This document shows, piece after piece, positions 17,134 through 26,401 of a stretch of DNA of 28,867 nt. Source of the stretch: a virus (Duplodnaviria; Heunggongvirae; Uroviricota; Caudoviricetes). Made by a program: the position numbers and the translations under genes. The notes below the pieces were generated by a model. The model was not told where the DNA came from, searched no databases, and saw only the letters and a list, made by a program, of their open reading frames with translations. The stretch lies in the IMG/VR virus record IMGVR_UViG_2660238462_000003; one strand, 5' to 3'. Within the stretch, counting starts at the first letter, position 1. Each line of letters starts with the position of its first letter.

Positions 17134-17197
17134 ACATCAATTATTTAGTTATCACGAATGTCGTAAAACTAAAATTAGTAACAATAATTGCTCATAC

Positions 17198-17485
17198 CTA
17201 CTCTCTTCCATATAAAGCCAACACCCGCTTCATCGCGGCACTTTGACGACACTCCTTAAAAATCAGATTCGTGCTCACCTTTCCTTCCCGTTCTTCTCTG
17301 GTAGCGAACCGGTAATACACCGTTCGCCAGACCTTACCATCAACGACCAGGATTCCTGACCGCGCCATTTTAGCCGCAGCCTGATTTATGCTGGTTACGG
17401 TTGCGCCTGTTACCGCGGCAACGTCCTGCGCACAGAAGTTCTTATGAGTCCCCAGGTAATGAATAATTGCCTCTTTGCCCGTCAT
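17198..17485 (-). CDS. ren: Ren protein
   Basis: MTGKEAIIHYLGTH...VTSINQAAAKMAR...GKVWRTVYYRFATREEREGK... matches lambda Ren as recalled; immediately downstream of P. Confidence 0.8.
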   Translation of the reverse strand: MTGKEAIIHYLGTHKNFCAQDVAAVTGATVTSINQAAAKMARSGILVVDGKVWRTVYYRFATREEREGKVSTNLIFKECRQSAAMKRVLALYGRE

Positions 17486-18183
17486 ACACTTGCTCCTTTC
17501 AGCCCAAACTTCGCTTTGATTTCTGCGATCTTCGCCAGAGCCTGAACACGATTAAGCGGTCTCCCGCCCATGACAGGAAGTTGTTTTACTGGTTCAGGTA
17601 TCGCCTCACCACGGTTAATTCGCGCTGTCATACAGGCCAGTTCATCGGCAGCCTTGCGCCGTAATTCCGCATCAGTCAGCGCATTGGCCCGCATGTTCTG
17701 ATACAGGTTGGTAACCAGCCAGTAGTGCGCGTTTGATTTCCACGGATAAGACTCTGCATCTGGATACAGGCCACGTTTCCGGCAATACTCGTAAACCATA
17801 TCAACCAGCTCGCTGGCGTTTGGCAGCCCGGCGGTAACGGATGCTTCTTCCCGGCACCAGGCAACAAACTGCCCGGGTGATGGCAGGAATGGTCGATTCT
17901 GCCGACGGGCTACGCGCATTCCTGCGTTAACCTGTTCCATCGTGGTGATCCCGTTTTCCCGGAAAGCCAGAACCCACTGGCGGCGGATTTCGTTCAGTTC
18001 GTTCTGGTCCCGGTTAGCCAGGCTCGCCGGGAAAGTTGCCAGTAACTGGCTGAACACACCATTGATGATCTGCGCTACCTGTTGTACCTGCGGCTTTTCG
18101 TCGTACTGTTCCGGCATGTTGTTGGCGATCCGGCGCATCTGCTCACGGTCAAAGTTAACCATCTGTGCGGCGATGTTTTTCAT
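17482..18183 (-). CDS. P: Replication protein P (DnaB loader)
   Basis: 233 aa essentially identical to lambda P as recalled (MKNIAAQMVNFDREQMRRIANNMPEQYDEKPQVQQVAQIINGVF...). Confidence 0.9.
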   Translation of the reverse strand: MKNIAAQMVNFDREQMRRIANNMPEQYDEKPQVQQVAQIINGVFSQLLATFPASLANRDQNELNEIRRQWVLAFRENGITTMEQVNAGMRVARRQNRPFLPSPGQFVAWCREEASVTAGLPNASELVDMVYEYCRKRGLYPDAESYPWKSNAHYWLVTNLYQNMRANALTDAELRRKAADELACMTARINRGEAIPEPVKQLPVMGGRPLNRVQALAKIAEIKAKFGLKGASV

Positions 18184-19109
18184 AAATCCACCCCGTAAAT
18201 CCAGTCAGTGTTTGTCAGGTCGAGTTTTGATTTTCCGGCTATCACGCCAGCCTGTTGCTTGTTACGGTTGATTTCGAGTTGGGTCCACTTGTCGCGGAGT
18301 TTGGCCGGACTTAGCACGTTACCGGACCAGAAGTTGTCCTGGCATGCCCAGCGGAACAGCACGCACATGTCGCGGTGGTTACGGCCGTCACGTTCACGCA
18401 TCAGGCGGATATCGTTAGCCCACCCTGCAAAATTCGGTTTTCTGGCTGATGGCGCGATGGTCTTCACCATGTCAAACATCCACTCTGCGGCGGTCAGGTC
18501 TTCTGCTGTCCCCCACCTGCTGCCGCTCTGAATTGCAGCATCTGGTTTCTCCACAGGAAGATCGTTTTCTGGTTGGTCAGAGGATTCGCCAGAATTCTCG
18601 GACGAAAAAGGTTTTATATTGTCTTTTGTTAGTTTGTATTTTGTGTTTACCTGATTCGGGTAAGTGCCTTTACCTGATTTGGGTAAACTTTTCTTACCTG
18701 ATTCAGGTAAATTTACCTCTTTCAGGTAAACTTTATTTTTCTTACCTGATTCGGGTAATGTTGACCATTCACTGACCACATTATTAATGCCGATATTCCG
18801 CCCGCTCTGAATAAAAATCCCACGCTTTACCAGAACACTTTTTGCAGCAGAACACTTGTGCGGCAATATCCCGGTCAACTCGGAAAGTTGCTCGTTGCTC
18901 ACCCAATCCAGTTTTTTATTAAAGCCATATGTTTTGCGCATGACAGCCAGGAAGACCAGAAGCTGGTGCTGTGTTAATCCGGCCAGCATCACAGCTTCCA
19001 GCAACTCATTTGCAATGCGCGTATAACCATCATCGAGATCTGCCACGCGCGGCTCCTTTTGTGCCGCATCCGGCACTGGAAAATTGAATATCTCAGCAGT
19101 GTTTGCCAT
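18180..19109 (-). CDS. O: Replication initiator O (lambda-like C-terminal domain, different N-terminal DNA-binding domain)
   Basis: C-terminal ...YSSENSGESSDQPENDL...GTAEDLTAAEWMFDMVKTIAPSARKPNFAGWANDIRLMRERDGRNHRDMCVLFRWACQDNFWSGNVLSPAKLRDKWTQLEINRNKQQAG... matches lambda O; start at 19109 (SD GGGAGGA) rather than 19199. Confidence 0.85.
   Translation of the reverse strand: MANTAEIFNFPVPDAAQKEPRVADLDDGYTRIANELLEAVMLAGLTQHQLLVFLAVMRKTYGFNKKLDWVSNEQLSELTGILPHKCSAAKSVLVKRGIFIQSGRNIGINNVVSEWSTLPESGKKNKVYLKEVNLPESGKKSLPKSGKGTYPNQVNTKYKLTKDNIKPFSSENSGESSDQPENDLPVEKPDAAIQSGSRWGTAEDLTAAEWMFDMVKTIAPSARKPNFAGWANDIRLMRERDGRNHRDMCVLFRWACQDNFWSGNVLSPAKLRDKWTQLEINRNKQQAGVIAGKSKLDLTNTDWIYGVDL
18647..18758. 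repeat. ori iterons inside O gene
   Basis: Five 17-bp iterons TTACCTGATTCGGGTAA (variants at 18647, 18670, 18695, 18714, 18742) with an AT-rich stretch alongside. Confidence 0.75.
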
Positions 19110-19195
19110 AATTCCTCCCGCAATGAGTGTGTTACGATTTGCACCTGAAAGTCGGTTCTGTTCCCGCAGACCGACTTTCGCCATTTCTGAACCTG

Positions 19196-19735
19196 TCATA
19201 TTGCCCCCAGCATGGTGGTCACCATCGCCATTAATGGACCAGCCAGATCCGGGTCCACACGAAACATCGACACAATACCTTCACTCATTTCCTTCAGTTT
19301 CTGGTGGCGTGGTGCGTTGAGAATGACAGCCTGTTTTGCCTCACTGAGTTCCTTTTCCATTTCAGCCAACCGAGTCATGAAGCTATCCTGCTCAACCAGG
19401 TAACCGCGATATTCCAGCGGTAGTACCGCCAGAATTGCCGGGGTCAGTTCACGCACGTTATTTCGGTATTTTTCAGAATCGAATTTGTTATCGAGGAAGC
19501 GGAACAGCTTCTGGCGTGCACGGCTGACATCATCAGGGAAATCGATGGTGCCGTCGCCCTGCTCCCGATACTCATTCACAATGAGTGCGGCAACGACATC
19601 CTGATTATCTACAGCCGACCAGGCGCGGACGGCATCACGGATTTTTTCGTGGCCTGGAGCTTGTTTTGTTTGAGAACGATTTATCACCGCAGTCGGAATA
19701 AATCCGCTAGTCTGTTGGTATGTAAGTGGTTGCAT
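19196..19735 (-). CDS. YdaT-like protein in the cII position
   Basis: 179 aa; SD AAGGAG; segment PAILAVLPLEYRGYLVEQDSFMTRLAEMEKEL resembles YdaT-family proteins (recalled, uncertain). Confidence 0.45.
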   Translation of the reverse strand: MQPLTYQQTSGFIPTAVINRSQTKQAPGHEKIRDAVRAWSAVDNQDVVAALIVNEYREQGDGTIDFPDDVSRARQKLFRFLDNKFDSEKYRNNVRELTPAILAVLPLEYRGYLVEQDSFMTRLAEMEKELSEAKQAVILNAPRHQKLKEMSEGIVSMFRVDPDLAGPLMAMVTTMLGAI

Positions 19736-19804
19736 AATTGACTCCTTTAGTTTGAATTGACTGTTAAGTTGATTGCTTATTGTTAAAGAGCGTGAAATGG
19801 AAAT

Positions 19805-20035
19805 TTAAGCTGCGTTCTTTTCGGTGTGTGGAAACAACTTCGGAAGATCCGGGCGAATCTGGTATGCCTTCACAACTCCACCAGTAGCCGTAACAATGCT
19901 GCCGACATGTTCAGGGGATACCTTTGCTTTGTTGTGAAGCCACTTATAGACGGCCTGCTGTGAAACTTCGCAGGCATCGCCTAGTTTCTTTTGTGAACCA
20001 ACGATATTGATCGCTGTTTTGATTGCTGGGTTCAT
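19805..20035 (-). CDS. Cro-like HTH regulator
   Basis: 76 aa; HTH GSQKKLGDACEVSQQAVYKW; divergent from cI across operator region; SD GGAGG. Confidence 0.65.
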   Translation of the reverse strand: MNPAIKTAINIVGSQKKLGDACEVSQQAVYKWLHNKAKVSPEHVGSIVTATGGVVKAYQIRPDLPKLFPHTEKNAA

Positions 20036-20139
20036 AACAACCTCCGTGGTTAATCCGAATAAAGATTAAAACTATGGTTGTTTTTAGTCAACAACCATTT
20101 TCGTTTGATGAAATAAAACCTTGGTTGTACATTTGATCT
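20036..20139. promoter_or_regulatory. Immunity-region operators and divergent promoters (OR / pR / pRM-like)
   Basis: Inverted repeat actatggttgtt / aacaaccat (20070-20100) plus half-site ccttggttgtac between cro-like and cI. Confidence 0.6.
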
Positions 20140-20829
20140 ATGAAAACAACACTCTCAGAAAGACTTAAAGAAGCCAGATTAGCGCGAGGCCTTACACAAA
20201 AGGCGCTTGGGGATTTGGTCGGGGTTAGCCAGGCTGCTATTCAGAAAATCGAAACAGGGAAAGCTAACCAAACAACTAAAATCGTGGAGATCGCGAACGC
20301 TTTGGGTGTGCGCGCAGAATGGTTATCTTCTGGCGTTGGAAATATGTCAGACAGTACAGTGCAACCAATACAATCAACTGTCAGCCATTCCAAATACTTC
20401 AAAATTGACGTTCTTGATATAGAAGTCAGTGCCGGGCCAGGTGTAATCAACCGTGAGTTTGTAGAAGTTCTACGCTCGGTTGAGTACTCGTTTGACGATG
20501 CTCGTCACATGTTCGATGGCAGGAAGGCGGAAAATATCCGCATCATTAACGTGCGAGGTGACAGCATGTCAGGGACGATCGAACCAGGTGACCTGCTGTT
20601 CGTTGATATCACTGTTAAATCTTTCGACGGTGATGGCATCTATGCGTTTCTGTACGACGACACTGCCCATGTAAAACGTCTTCAAATGATGAAGGATAAG
20701 CTGCTGGTTATCTCTGATAACAAGAGCTACTCGCCGTGGGACCCGATCGAGAAAGACGAGATGAACCGGGTGTTCATATTCGGTAAGGTCATTGGAAGCA
20801 TGCCGCAGACGTACAGGAAGCATGGTTAA
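20140..20829 (+). CDS. cI: CI-type repressor (XRE HTH + S24 LexA-like peptidase domain)
   Basis: N-terminal HTH LTQKALGDLVGVSQAAIQKIE; C-terminal ...RGDSMSGTIEPGDLLFVD...KRL with Ser/Lys dyad typical of S24 autoproteolysis. Confidence 0.85.
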   Translation: MKTTLSERLKEARLARGLTQKALGDLVGVSQAAIQKIETGKANQTTKIVEIANALGVRAEWLSSGVGNMSDSTVQPIQSTVSHSKYFKIDVLDIEVSAGPGVINREFVEVLRSVEYSFDDARHMFDGRKAENIRIINVRGDSMSGTIEPGDLLFVDITVKSFDGDGIYAFLYDDTAHVKRLQMMKDKLLVISDNKSYSPWDPIEKDEMNRVFIFGKVIGSMPQTYRKHG

Positions 20830-21058
20830 TTTATCTACGACTTAAGGGAGCGAAGGTTAAGGTTTATACCACTCGGATTAGATATTGCACTAAATTCTCT
20901 ATAAGAACGCCAAATCTGTTTGCATATTTCAGTAAATATTCTCGTTGTTAGCTGAGATTTGTTGCTACTGTCAGCAAAATGTCCCCCTATCTCGTAGCGG
21001 TTTTTATTTCGAATCATTATGTTAAGATGTTTCTGATTATAATGAATGGAAACATAAA

Positions 21059-21439
21059 ATGAGAAAAATCCTAATCGCTGCCATGATGGCATCTGTATTG
21101 GCTGGGTGTGCTTCTTCAGGCAACCAGCAACTCAAAAATGAAACTGAAATTAGTGTCCAGTCTAAACTTCAGGAAGGTAAAACAACCAAGAATGAGGTTA
21201 AATCTTACTTTGGTTCTCCTGATGCTGTTTCATATACTGACAGTGGAAACGAGATCTGGAAGTACGCCTTTGCAAAAGTAAAAGTTAATGGCACCACTTT
21301 TATTCCATTCTATGGATTATTCCATAATGGAACGAACGGTACGAAAAAAGAACTTACTATTCTTTTTAACGATGACACGATTAAGAAATACACAATGTCA
21401 GAAACCCAAATAAACTCGAAATCAGGTTGGGCTGACTGA
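21059..21439 (+). CDS. Lipoprotein moron with BamE/SmpA_OmlA-like pattern, in the rex position downstream of cI
   Basis: Signal peptide with lipobox LAGC; KNEVKSYFGSPDAV...GNEIWKYAF...LTILFNDDTIKKY pattern resembles BamE-like fold; AT-rich; terminator follows. Confidence 0.6.
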   Translation: MRKILIAAMMASVLAGCASSGNQQLKNETEISVQSKLQEGKTTKNEVKSYFGSPDAVSYTDSGNEIWKYAFAKVKVNGTTFIPFYGLFHNGTNGTKKELTILFNDDTIKKYTMSETQINSKSGWAD

Positions 21440-21447
21440 TAATCATA

Positions 21448-21475
21448 CCCGGCAACCGCGCCGGGTTTTCTTTTC
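21448..21475 (+). terminator. Rho-independent terminator after lipoprotein gene
   Basis: cccggc-aaccgc-gccggg followed by ttttctttt. Confidence 0.6.
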
Positions 21476-21584
21476 CTCCCCCTCATAACTCATACCGTCC
21501 AAAAAACCACCACACCTCACTTCAGTTATCGCTATGCGATGCAAGTCACAAAATAAATCCATCCTAAATACAACCAGTTATATT

Positions 21585-21650
21585 TAAAACAACCGACAAA
21601 ACAACTTTTGTTGTTGACGATAAAACAACTATAGTTTTAAATTAAATTCA
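21585..21650 (+). promoter_or_regulatory. pL/OL-like promoter-operator
   Basis: TTGACG (21614-21619), 17-bp spacer, TTAAAT (21637-21642); operator-like aacaactatagtttt resembles OR half-sites; aacaacttttgttgtt palindrome. Confidence 0.4.
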
Positions 21651-21716
21651 TCGCAACGACACAACGATACGGTAACCACCTGTTTCACCGTTGCGATGAC
21701 CGCTTAGATCCGCAGT

Positions 21717-22127
21717 TTGAATTTCAGCAGGCTTCGGGGAGTGCGAGGGGTGAAACGGACGCGTGAACGTCGGTGTGACCAGCTGAAATCAACACAACAC
21801 TTTATACCTCAGTCGCTTCAACGAGGCGGCTTAGTTATGACAACCGGCGGCCATCCACCGCCTGAATACGCGCAGAAGTCTCTATATGTTCAGCAGCCCA
21901 GCTTACGGGCAGGAGTTTTTATGGTTCATCAACATTACGGAACGCAGACCGTTAATCGCGGTGCGGTCATGCCAGGAATGCTGGTCAAACACAAAGATGG
22001 TACCTGGACTGCATCAGCTAATTTACGCGGACGGCTTTATCTGCATCGCGGCATCGAGCGCACTTATACCCGTGATTTGCTCGTAGAAGTTTTTCTCGAC
22101 GGACGCGGTAACGGCCTGAATCACTAA
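21717..22127 (+). CDS. Possible N-like antiterminator or early-left protein (start codon uncertain: TTG 21717, GTG 21741 or ATG 21837)
   Basis: Only long ORF between pL-like promoter and gam; Arg-rich N-terminal stretch GVKRTRERR reminiscent of N-family arginine-rich motifs; no ATG at ORF start. Confidence 0.3.
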   Translation: MNFSRLRGVRGVKRTRERRCDQLKSTQHFIPQSLQRGGLVMTTGGHPPPEYAQKSLYVQQPSLRAGVFMVHQHYGTQTVNRGAVMPGMLVKHKDGTWTASANLRGRLYLHRGIERTYTRDLLVEVFLDGRGNGLNH

Positions 22128-22202
22128 TCCCCTTTCCTGTTTTCCTAATCAGCCTGGCATTTCGCGGGCGATATTTTCACAGCCATTTTCAGGAGTTCAG
22201 CC

Positions 22203-22499
22203 ATGAACGCTTATTACATTCAGGATCGTCTTGAGGCTCAGAGCTGGGCGCGTCACTACCAGCAGATCGCCCGTGAAGAGAAAGAGGCAGAACTGGCAGA
22301 CGACATGGAAAAAGGCCTGCCCCAGCACCTGTTTGAATCGCTATGCATCGATCATTTGCAACGCCACGGGGTCAGCAAAAAAGCCATTACCCGTGCGTTT
22401 GATGACGATGTTGAGTTTCAGGAGCGCATGGCAGAACACATCCGGTACATGGTTGAAACCATTGCTCACCACCAGGTTGATATTGATTCAGAGGTATAA
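22203..22499 (+). CDS. gam: Gam (RecBCD inhibitor), short-form length
   Basis: 98 aa [56 protein letters not shown]... matches lambda Gam; in-frame stop at 22146-22148 upstream. Confidence 0.9.
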   Translation: MNAYYIQDRLEAQSWARHYQQIAREEKEAELADDMEKGLPQHLFESLCIDHLQRHGVSKKAITRAFDDDVEFQERMAEHIRYMVETIAHHQVDIDSEV

Positions 22500-22504
22500 A
22501 ACGG

Positions 22505-23290
22505 ATGAGTACAGCACTCGCAACGCTGGCTGGGAAGCTGGCTGAACGAGTCGGCATGGATTCTGTCGACCCACAGGAACTGATCACCACTCTTCGCCAG
22601 ACGGCATTTAAAGGTGATGCCAGCGATGCGCAGTTCATCGCATTGCTGATCGTCGCCAACCAGTACGGTCTTAATCCGTGGACGAAAGAAATTTACGCCT
22701 TCCCTGATAAGCAGAACGGCATCGTTCCGGTGGTGGGCGTTGATGGCTGGTCCCGCATCATCAACGAAAACCAGCAGTTTGACGGCATGGACTTTGAACA
22801 GGACAACGAATCCTGCACATGCCGGATTTACCGCAAAGACCGCAATCATCCGATCTGCGTTACCGAGTGGATGGATGAATGCCGCCGCGAACCATTCAAA
22901 ACCCGCGAAGGCAGAGAAATCACGGGGCCGTGGCAGTCGCATCCCAAACGGATGTTACGGCATAAAGCCATGATTCAGTGTGCCCGTCTGGCCTTCGGAT
23001 TTGCTGGTATCTATGACAAGGATGAAGCCGAGCGCATTGTCGAAAATACTGCATACACTGCAGAACGTCAGCCGGAACGCGACATCACTCCGGTTAACGA
23101 TGAAACCATGCAGGAGATTAACACTCTGCTGATCGCCCTGGATAAAACATGGGATGACGACTTATTGCCGCTCTGTTCCCAGATATTTCGCCGCGACATT
23201 CGCGCATCGTCAGAACTGACACAGGCCGAAGCAGTGAAAGCTCTTGGATTCCTTAAACAGAAAGCCACTGAGCAGAAGGTGGCAGCATGA
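22505..23290 (+). CDS. bet: Bet (RecT-family ssDNA annealing protein)
   Basis: 261 aa essentially identical to lambda Bet as recalled. Confidence 0.95.
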   Translation: MSTALATLAGKLAERVGMDSVDPQELITTLRQTAFKGDASDAQFIALLIVANQYGLNPWTKEIYAFPDKQNGIVPVVGVDGWSRIINENQQFDGMDFEQDNESCTCRIYRKDRNHPICVTEWMDECRREPFKTREGREITGPWQSHPKRMLRHKAMIQCARLAFGFAGIYDKDEAERIVENTAYTAERQPERDITPVNDETMQEINTLLIALDKTWDDDLLPLCSQIFRRDIRASSELTQAEAVKALGFLKQKATEQKVAA

Positions 23291-23967
23291 CACCGGACAT
23301 TATCCTGCAGCGTACCGGGATCGACGTGAGAGTTGTCGAACAGGGGGATGATGCATGGCACAAATTACGGCTCGGCGTCATCACCGCTTCAGAAGTTCAC
23401 AACGTGATAGCAAAGCCCCGCTCAGGAAAGAAGTGGCCTGACATGAAAATGTCCTACTTCCACACCCTGCTGGCTGAGGTTTGCACCGGTGTGGCTCCGG
23501 AAGTTAATGCTAAGGCGCTGGCCTGGGGAAAACAGTACGAGAACGACGCCAGAACCCTGTTTGAATTCACTTCCGGCGTGAATATTACTGAATCCCCGAT
23601 CATCTATCGCGACGAAAATATGCGCACCGCCTGCTCTCCCGATGGTTTATGCAGTGACGGCAACGGCCTTGAACTGAAATGCCCGTTTACCTCCCGGGAT
23701 TTCATGAAATTCCGGCTCGGTGGTTTCGAGGCAATAAAATCGGCTTACATGGCCCAGGTGCAGTACAGCATGTGGGTGACGCGAAAAGATGCCTGGTACT
23801 TTGCCAACTATGACCCGCGCATGAAGCGTGAAGGCCTGCATTACGTCGTGGTTGAGCGGAATGAAAAGTACATGGCGAGTTTTGACGAGATGGTGCCGGA
23901 GTTCATCGAAAAAATGGACGAGGCACTGGCTGAAATTGGTTTTGTATATGGGGAGCAATGGCAATGA
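23287..23967 (+). CDS. exo: Exo (lambda exonuclease)
   Basis: 226 aa essentially identical to lambda Exo as recalled. Confidence 0.95.
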   Translation: MTPDIILQRTGIDVRVVEQGDDAWHKLRLGVITASEVHNVIAKPRSGKKWPDMKMSYFHTLLAEVCTGVAPEVNAKALAWGKQYENDARTLFEFTSGVNITESPIIYRDENMRTACSPDGLCSDGNGLELKCPFTSRDFMKFRLGGFEAIKSAYMAQVQYSMWVTRKDAWYFANYDPRMKREGLHYVVVERNEKYMASFDEMVPEFIEKMDEALAEIGFVYGEQWQ

Positions 23968-24146
23968 AGCATCCTCACGATAATATCCGGGTAGGCGCGA
24001 TCACTTTCGTCTACTCCGTTACAAAGCGAGGCTGGGTATTTCCCGGCCTTTCTGTTATCCGAAATCCGCTGAAAGCCCAGCGGCTGGCTGAGGAGATAAA
24101 TAATAAACGGGGAGCTGTATGCACAAAGCATCTCCCGTTGAATTAA
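23958..24146 (+). CDS. Lambda orf61-like small protein
   Basis: 61 aa ORF directly after exo, position and size match lambda orf61. Confidence 0.55.
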   Translation: MAMKHPHDNIRVGAITFVYSVTKRGWVFPGLSVIRNPLKAQRLAEEINNKRGAVCTKHLPLN

Positions 24147-24310
24147 GAACGAGTATCGAGATGGCACATAGCCTCGCTCAAATTGGAGTCAGGTTTGTGC
24201 CAATACCAGTAGAAACAGACGAAGAATTTCATACGTTAGCCGCATCCCTTTCACAAAAGCTGGAAATGATGGTGGCGAAAGCAGAAGCAGATGAGAGAGA
24301 CCAGGTATGA
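24119..24310 (+). CDS. Lambda orf63-like small protein
   Basis: 63 aa ORF, position and size match lambda orf63. Confidence 0.55.
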   Translation: MHKASPVELRTSIEMAHSLAQIGVRFVPIPVETDEEFHTLAASLSQKLEMMVAKAEADERDQV

Positions 24311-24386
24311 CAACCACTGAATGCATTTTTCTGGCAGCGGGCTTCATATTCTGTGTGCTTATGCTTGCCGACATGGGGCTTGTTCA

Positions 24387-24602
24387 ATGACACCTCAGCA
24401 AGAAAACGCCCTTCGCAGCATTGCCCGTCAGGCTAATTCTGAAATCAAAAAAGCCAGACAGCAGTTTCCGGATAAAAACGTCGATGACATTTGCCGTAGC
24501 GTACTAAAGAAGCACCGCGAAACGGTAACGCTGATGGGATTCACACCGACTCATTTAAGCCTGGCGATCGGCATGTTGAACGGCGTCTTTAAGGAACGGT
24601 GA
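24387..24602 (+). CDS. Lambda orf60a-like small protein
   Basis: MTPQQENALRSIARQANSEIKKARQQFPDKNVDD...; start at internal ATG 24387 of ORF 24321..24602. Confidence 0.55.
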   Translation: MTPQQENALRSIARQANSEIKKARQQFPDKNVDDICRSVLKKHRETVTLMGFTPTHLSLAIGMLNGVFKER

Positions 24603-24700
24603 ACATGAAAAGCAAAATCATCAGGGAGCTACAGGCTCCTTTTTTATTATTCGCATTCACCCTCAAGCGTATTAACCAACAATTCAGGGATTAATGAAAG

Positions 24701-24922
24701 ATGGCAGACATAATTGATTCAGCATCAGAAATTGAAGAATTACAGCGCAACACAGCAATAAAAATGCGCCGCCTGAACCACCAGGCTATATCTGCCACTC
24801 ATTGTTGTGAGTGTGGCGATCCGATAGATGAACGAAGACGACTGGCCGTTCAGGGTTGTCGGACTTGTGCCAGTTGCCAGCAAGATCTGGAGCTTATCAG
24901 TAAACAGAGAGGTTCGAAGTGA
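24701..24922 (+). CDS. TraR/DksA-family C4 zinc-finger protein
   Basis: 73 aa with CCECGDPIDERRR...CRTCASCQ four-Cys motif. Confidence 0.7.
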   Translation: MADIIDSASEIEELQRNTAIKMRRLNHQAISATHCCECGDPIDERRRLAVQGCRTCASCQQDLELISKQRGSK

Positions 24923-25132
24923 GCGAAATTAACTAGAAGCCAAAGATAAAATCATCGCTGAGCAGGAGAAAATCGCTAACGGAGAAAAGACAGTAAGTCA
25001 GTATATGAAAACCGCATGATATCATCAGATAAAAATCGGTCGTAAAGCGAAATATTAATACCAGAACAAACGAGTCGAGGTAAATTATATTACCTCGATA
25101 AATTAACTAAAACTTGCCCGCTATATACTATA

Positions 25133-25735
25133 TCATTCAGTATCATCACGCGCGGTCTGTGCATATGTCACTACCGCACCTAATATATTAATTTTCTTTT
25201 CAACATAGATAATATTATCGTACTCATAATTGCCATACGGATAGCAAATGCGAATATTCTCATGTAGATCGGGGTCATCCACCTCAGCTCCAGAACAACT
25301 TTTTGAACTACCGGAAGTATACCGATACGGTGCAACGTAAGACGATGTCTCTCCAGGCAAAAAATAAGTTAGTGTCGTAAGGGGTATAATCAGAAAAAAT
25401 CCAGCAAATATGCACATCCCTGCATAAACCTTAAGGTATGCTGACAGACTCTTCCAGCCGCTTTGTTTTACTATCCCCTTCTTAACCCAAAACAGAGATA
25501 ACAGAAAAGCTATTCCCATGCTAAACAGAATGTAATAGTGGGATATACTCTGATTAAGAAACGTGACCCTGTAGATATCTGCCCGCCACCAGAAGAAAAG
25601 GAAAATAAAGATCAGCCCTGAAACTGTCATGCAAATCAAATAAGGATACGAATCTTTTTTCATGTTTAGCGCCCATAAAATTTTTCCTGACCCGGACAAA
25701 TTTACCATCCATTTTTTGCGCAGAAAATAGCTCAT
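25133..25735 (-). CDS. Hypothetical membrane protein, AT-rich moron (start uncertain)
   Basis: Three hydrophobic helices (LICMTVSGLIFIFLFFWW, ILFSMGIAFLLSLFWV, AGMCIFAGFFLIIPLTTLTYF) then Cys/Tyr-rich C-terminal domain; low GC; no convincing SD at any of three candidate ATGs. Confidence 0.45.
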   Translation of the reverse strand: MSYFLRKKWMVNLSGSGKILWALNMKKDSYPYLICMTVSGLIFIFLFFWWRADIYRVTFLNQSISHYYILFSMGIAFLLSLFWVKKGIVKQSGWKSLSAYLKVYAGMCIFAGFFLIIPLTTLTYFLPGETSSYVAPYRYTSGSSKSCSGAEVDDPDLHENIRICYPYGNYEYDNIIYVEKKINILGAVVTYAQTARDDTE

Positions 25736-26134
25736 TACTTACTGCACAATAATACACAAAATTGCGTAAATTTTTTGCATGGATTTTAGCTCTTTCAGCC
25801 GACATTTAAGGGGTAAATAGCATTTCCTAAAAGCAACTGCACCAACCCAACAGAATGGGCTACCGCTTACGTTGAGAGCAAAAAAGTGTATAGCAGCAAT
25901 GAACAGCATCCTCGCACTGACGAGGATTTCTTTTATCTGAACTCGCTACGGCGAGTTTTTTTATGGAGATGATAAATGCACTTCCGAGTCACAGGTGAAT
26001 AGAATGGAGAACCATTCAACAGAGTTATCGAAGCCGAGAACATCAGCGACTGCTATGACCACTGGATGCTGTGGGCGCAGATAGCACATGCAGACGTAAC
26101 CAATATTCGAATTGAAGAACTGAAAGAACACCAA

Positions 26135-26156
26135 GCCGCCTGATGGCGGTTTTTTC
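26135..26156 (+). terminator. Rho-independent terminator upstream of xis
   Basis: gccgcc-tgat-ggcgg followed by T6; preceded by a start-less C-terminal remnant ORF. Confidence 0.5.
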
Positions 26157-26182
26157 TTGCGTGTAATTGCGGAGACTTTGCG

Positions 26183-26401
26183 ATGTACTTGACACTTCAG
26201 GAGTGGAACGCTCGCCAGCGACGCCCAAGAAGCCTTGAAACAGTTCGTCGATGGGTGCGCGAATGCAGGATATTCCCTCCTCCGGTTAAGGATGGAAGAG
26301 AATATCTGTTCCACGAATCAGCGGTAAAGGTTGACTTAAATCGACCAGTAACAGGTAGCCTTTTGAAGAGGATCAGAAATGGGAAGAAGGCGAAGTCATG
26401 A
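26183..26401 (+). CDS. xis: Excisionase Xis
   Basis: 72 aa MYLTLQEWNARQRRPRSLETVRRWVRECRIFPPPVKDGREYLFHESAVKVDLNRP... matches lambda Xis. Confidence 0.95.
   Translation: MYLTLQEWNARQRRPRSLETVRRWVRECRIFPPPVKDGREYLFHESAVKVDLNRPVTGSLLKRIRNGKKAKS

Noticed and set aside
22466-22942. 158-aa minus-strand ORF
   Set aside because: Antisense to the lambda-identical bet gene.
25961-26314. 117-aa minus-strand ORF
   Set aside because: Overlaps xis on the opposite strand; the plus strand here carries a gene remnant and terminator.
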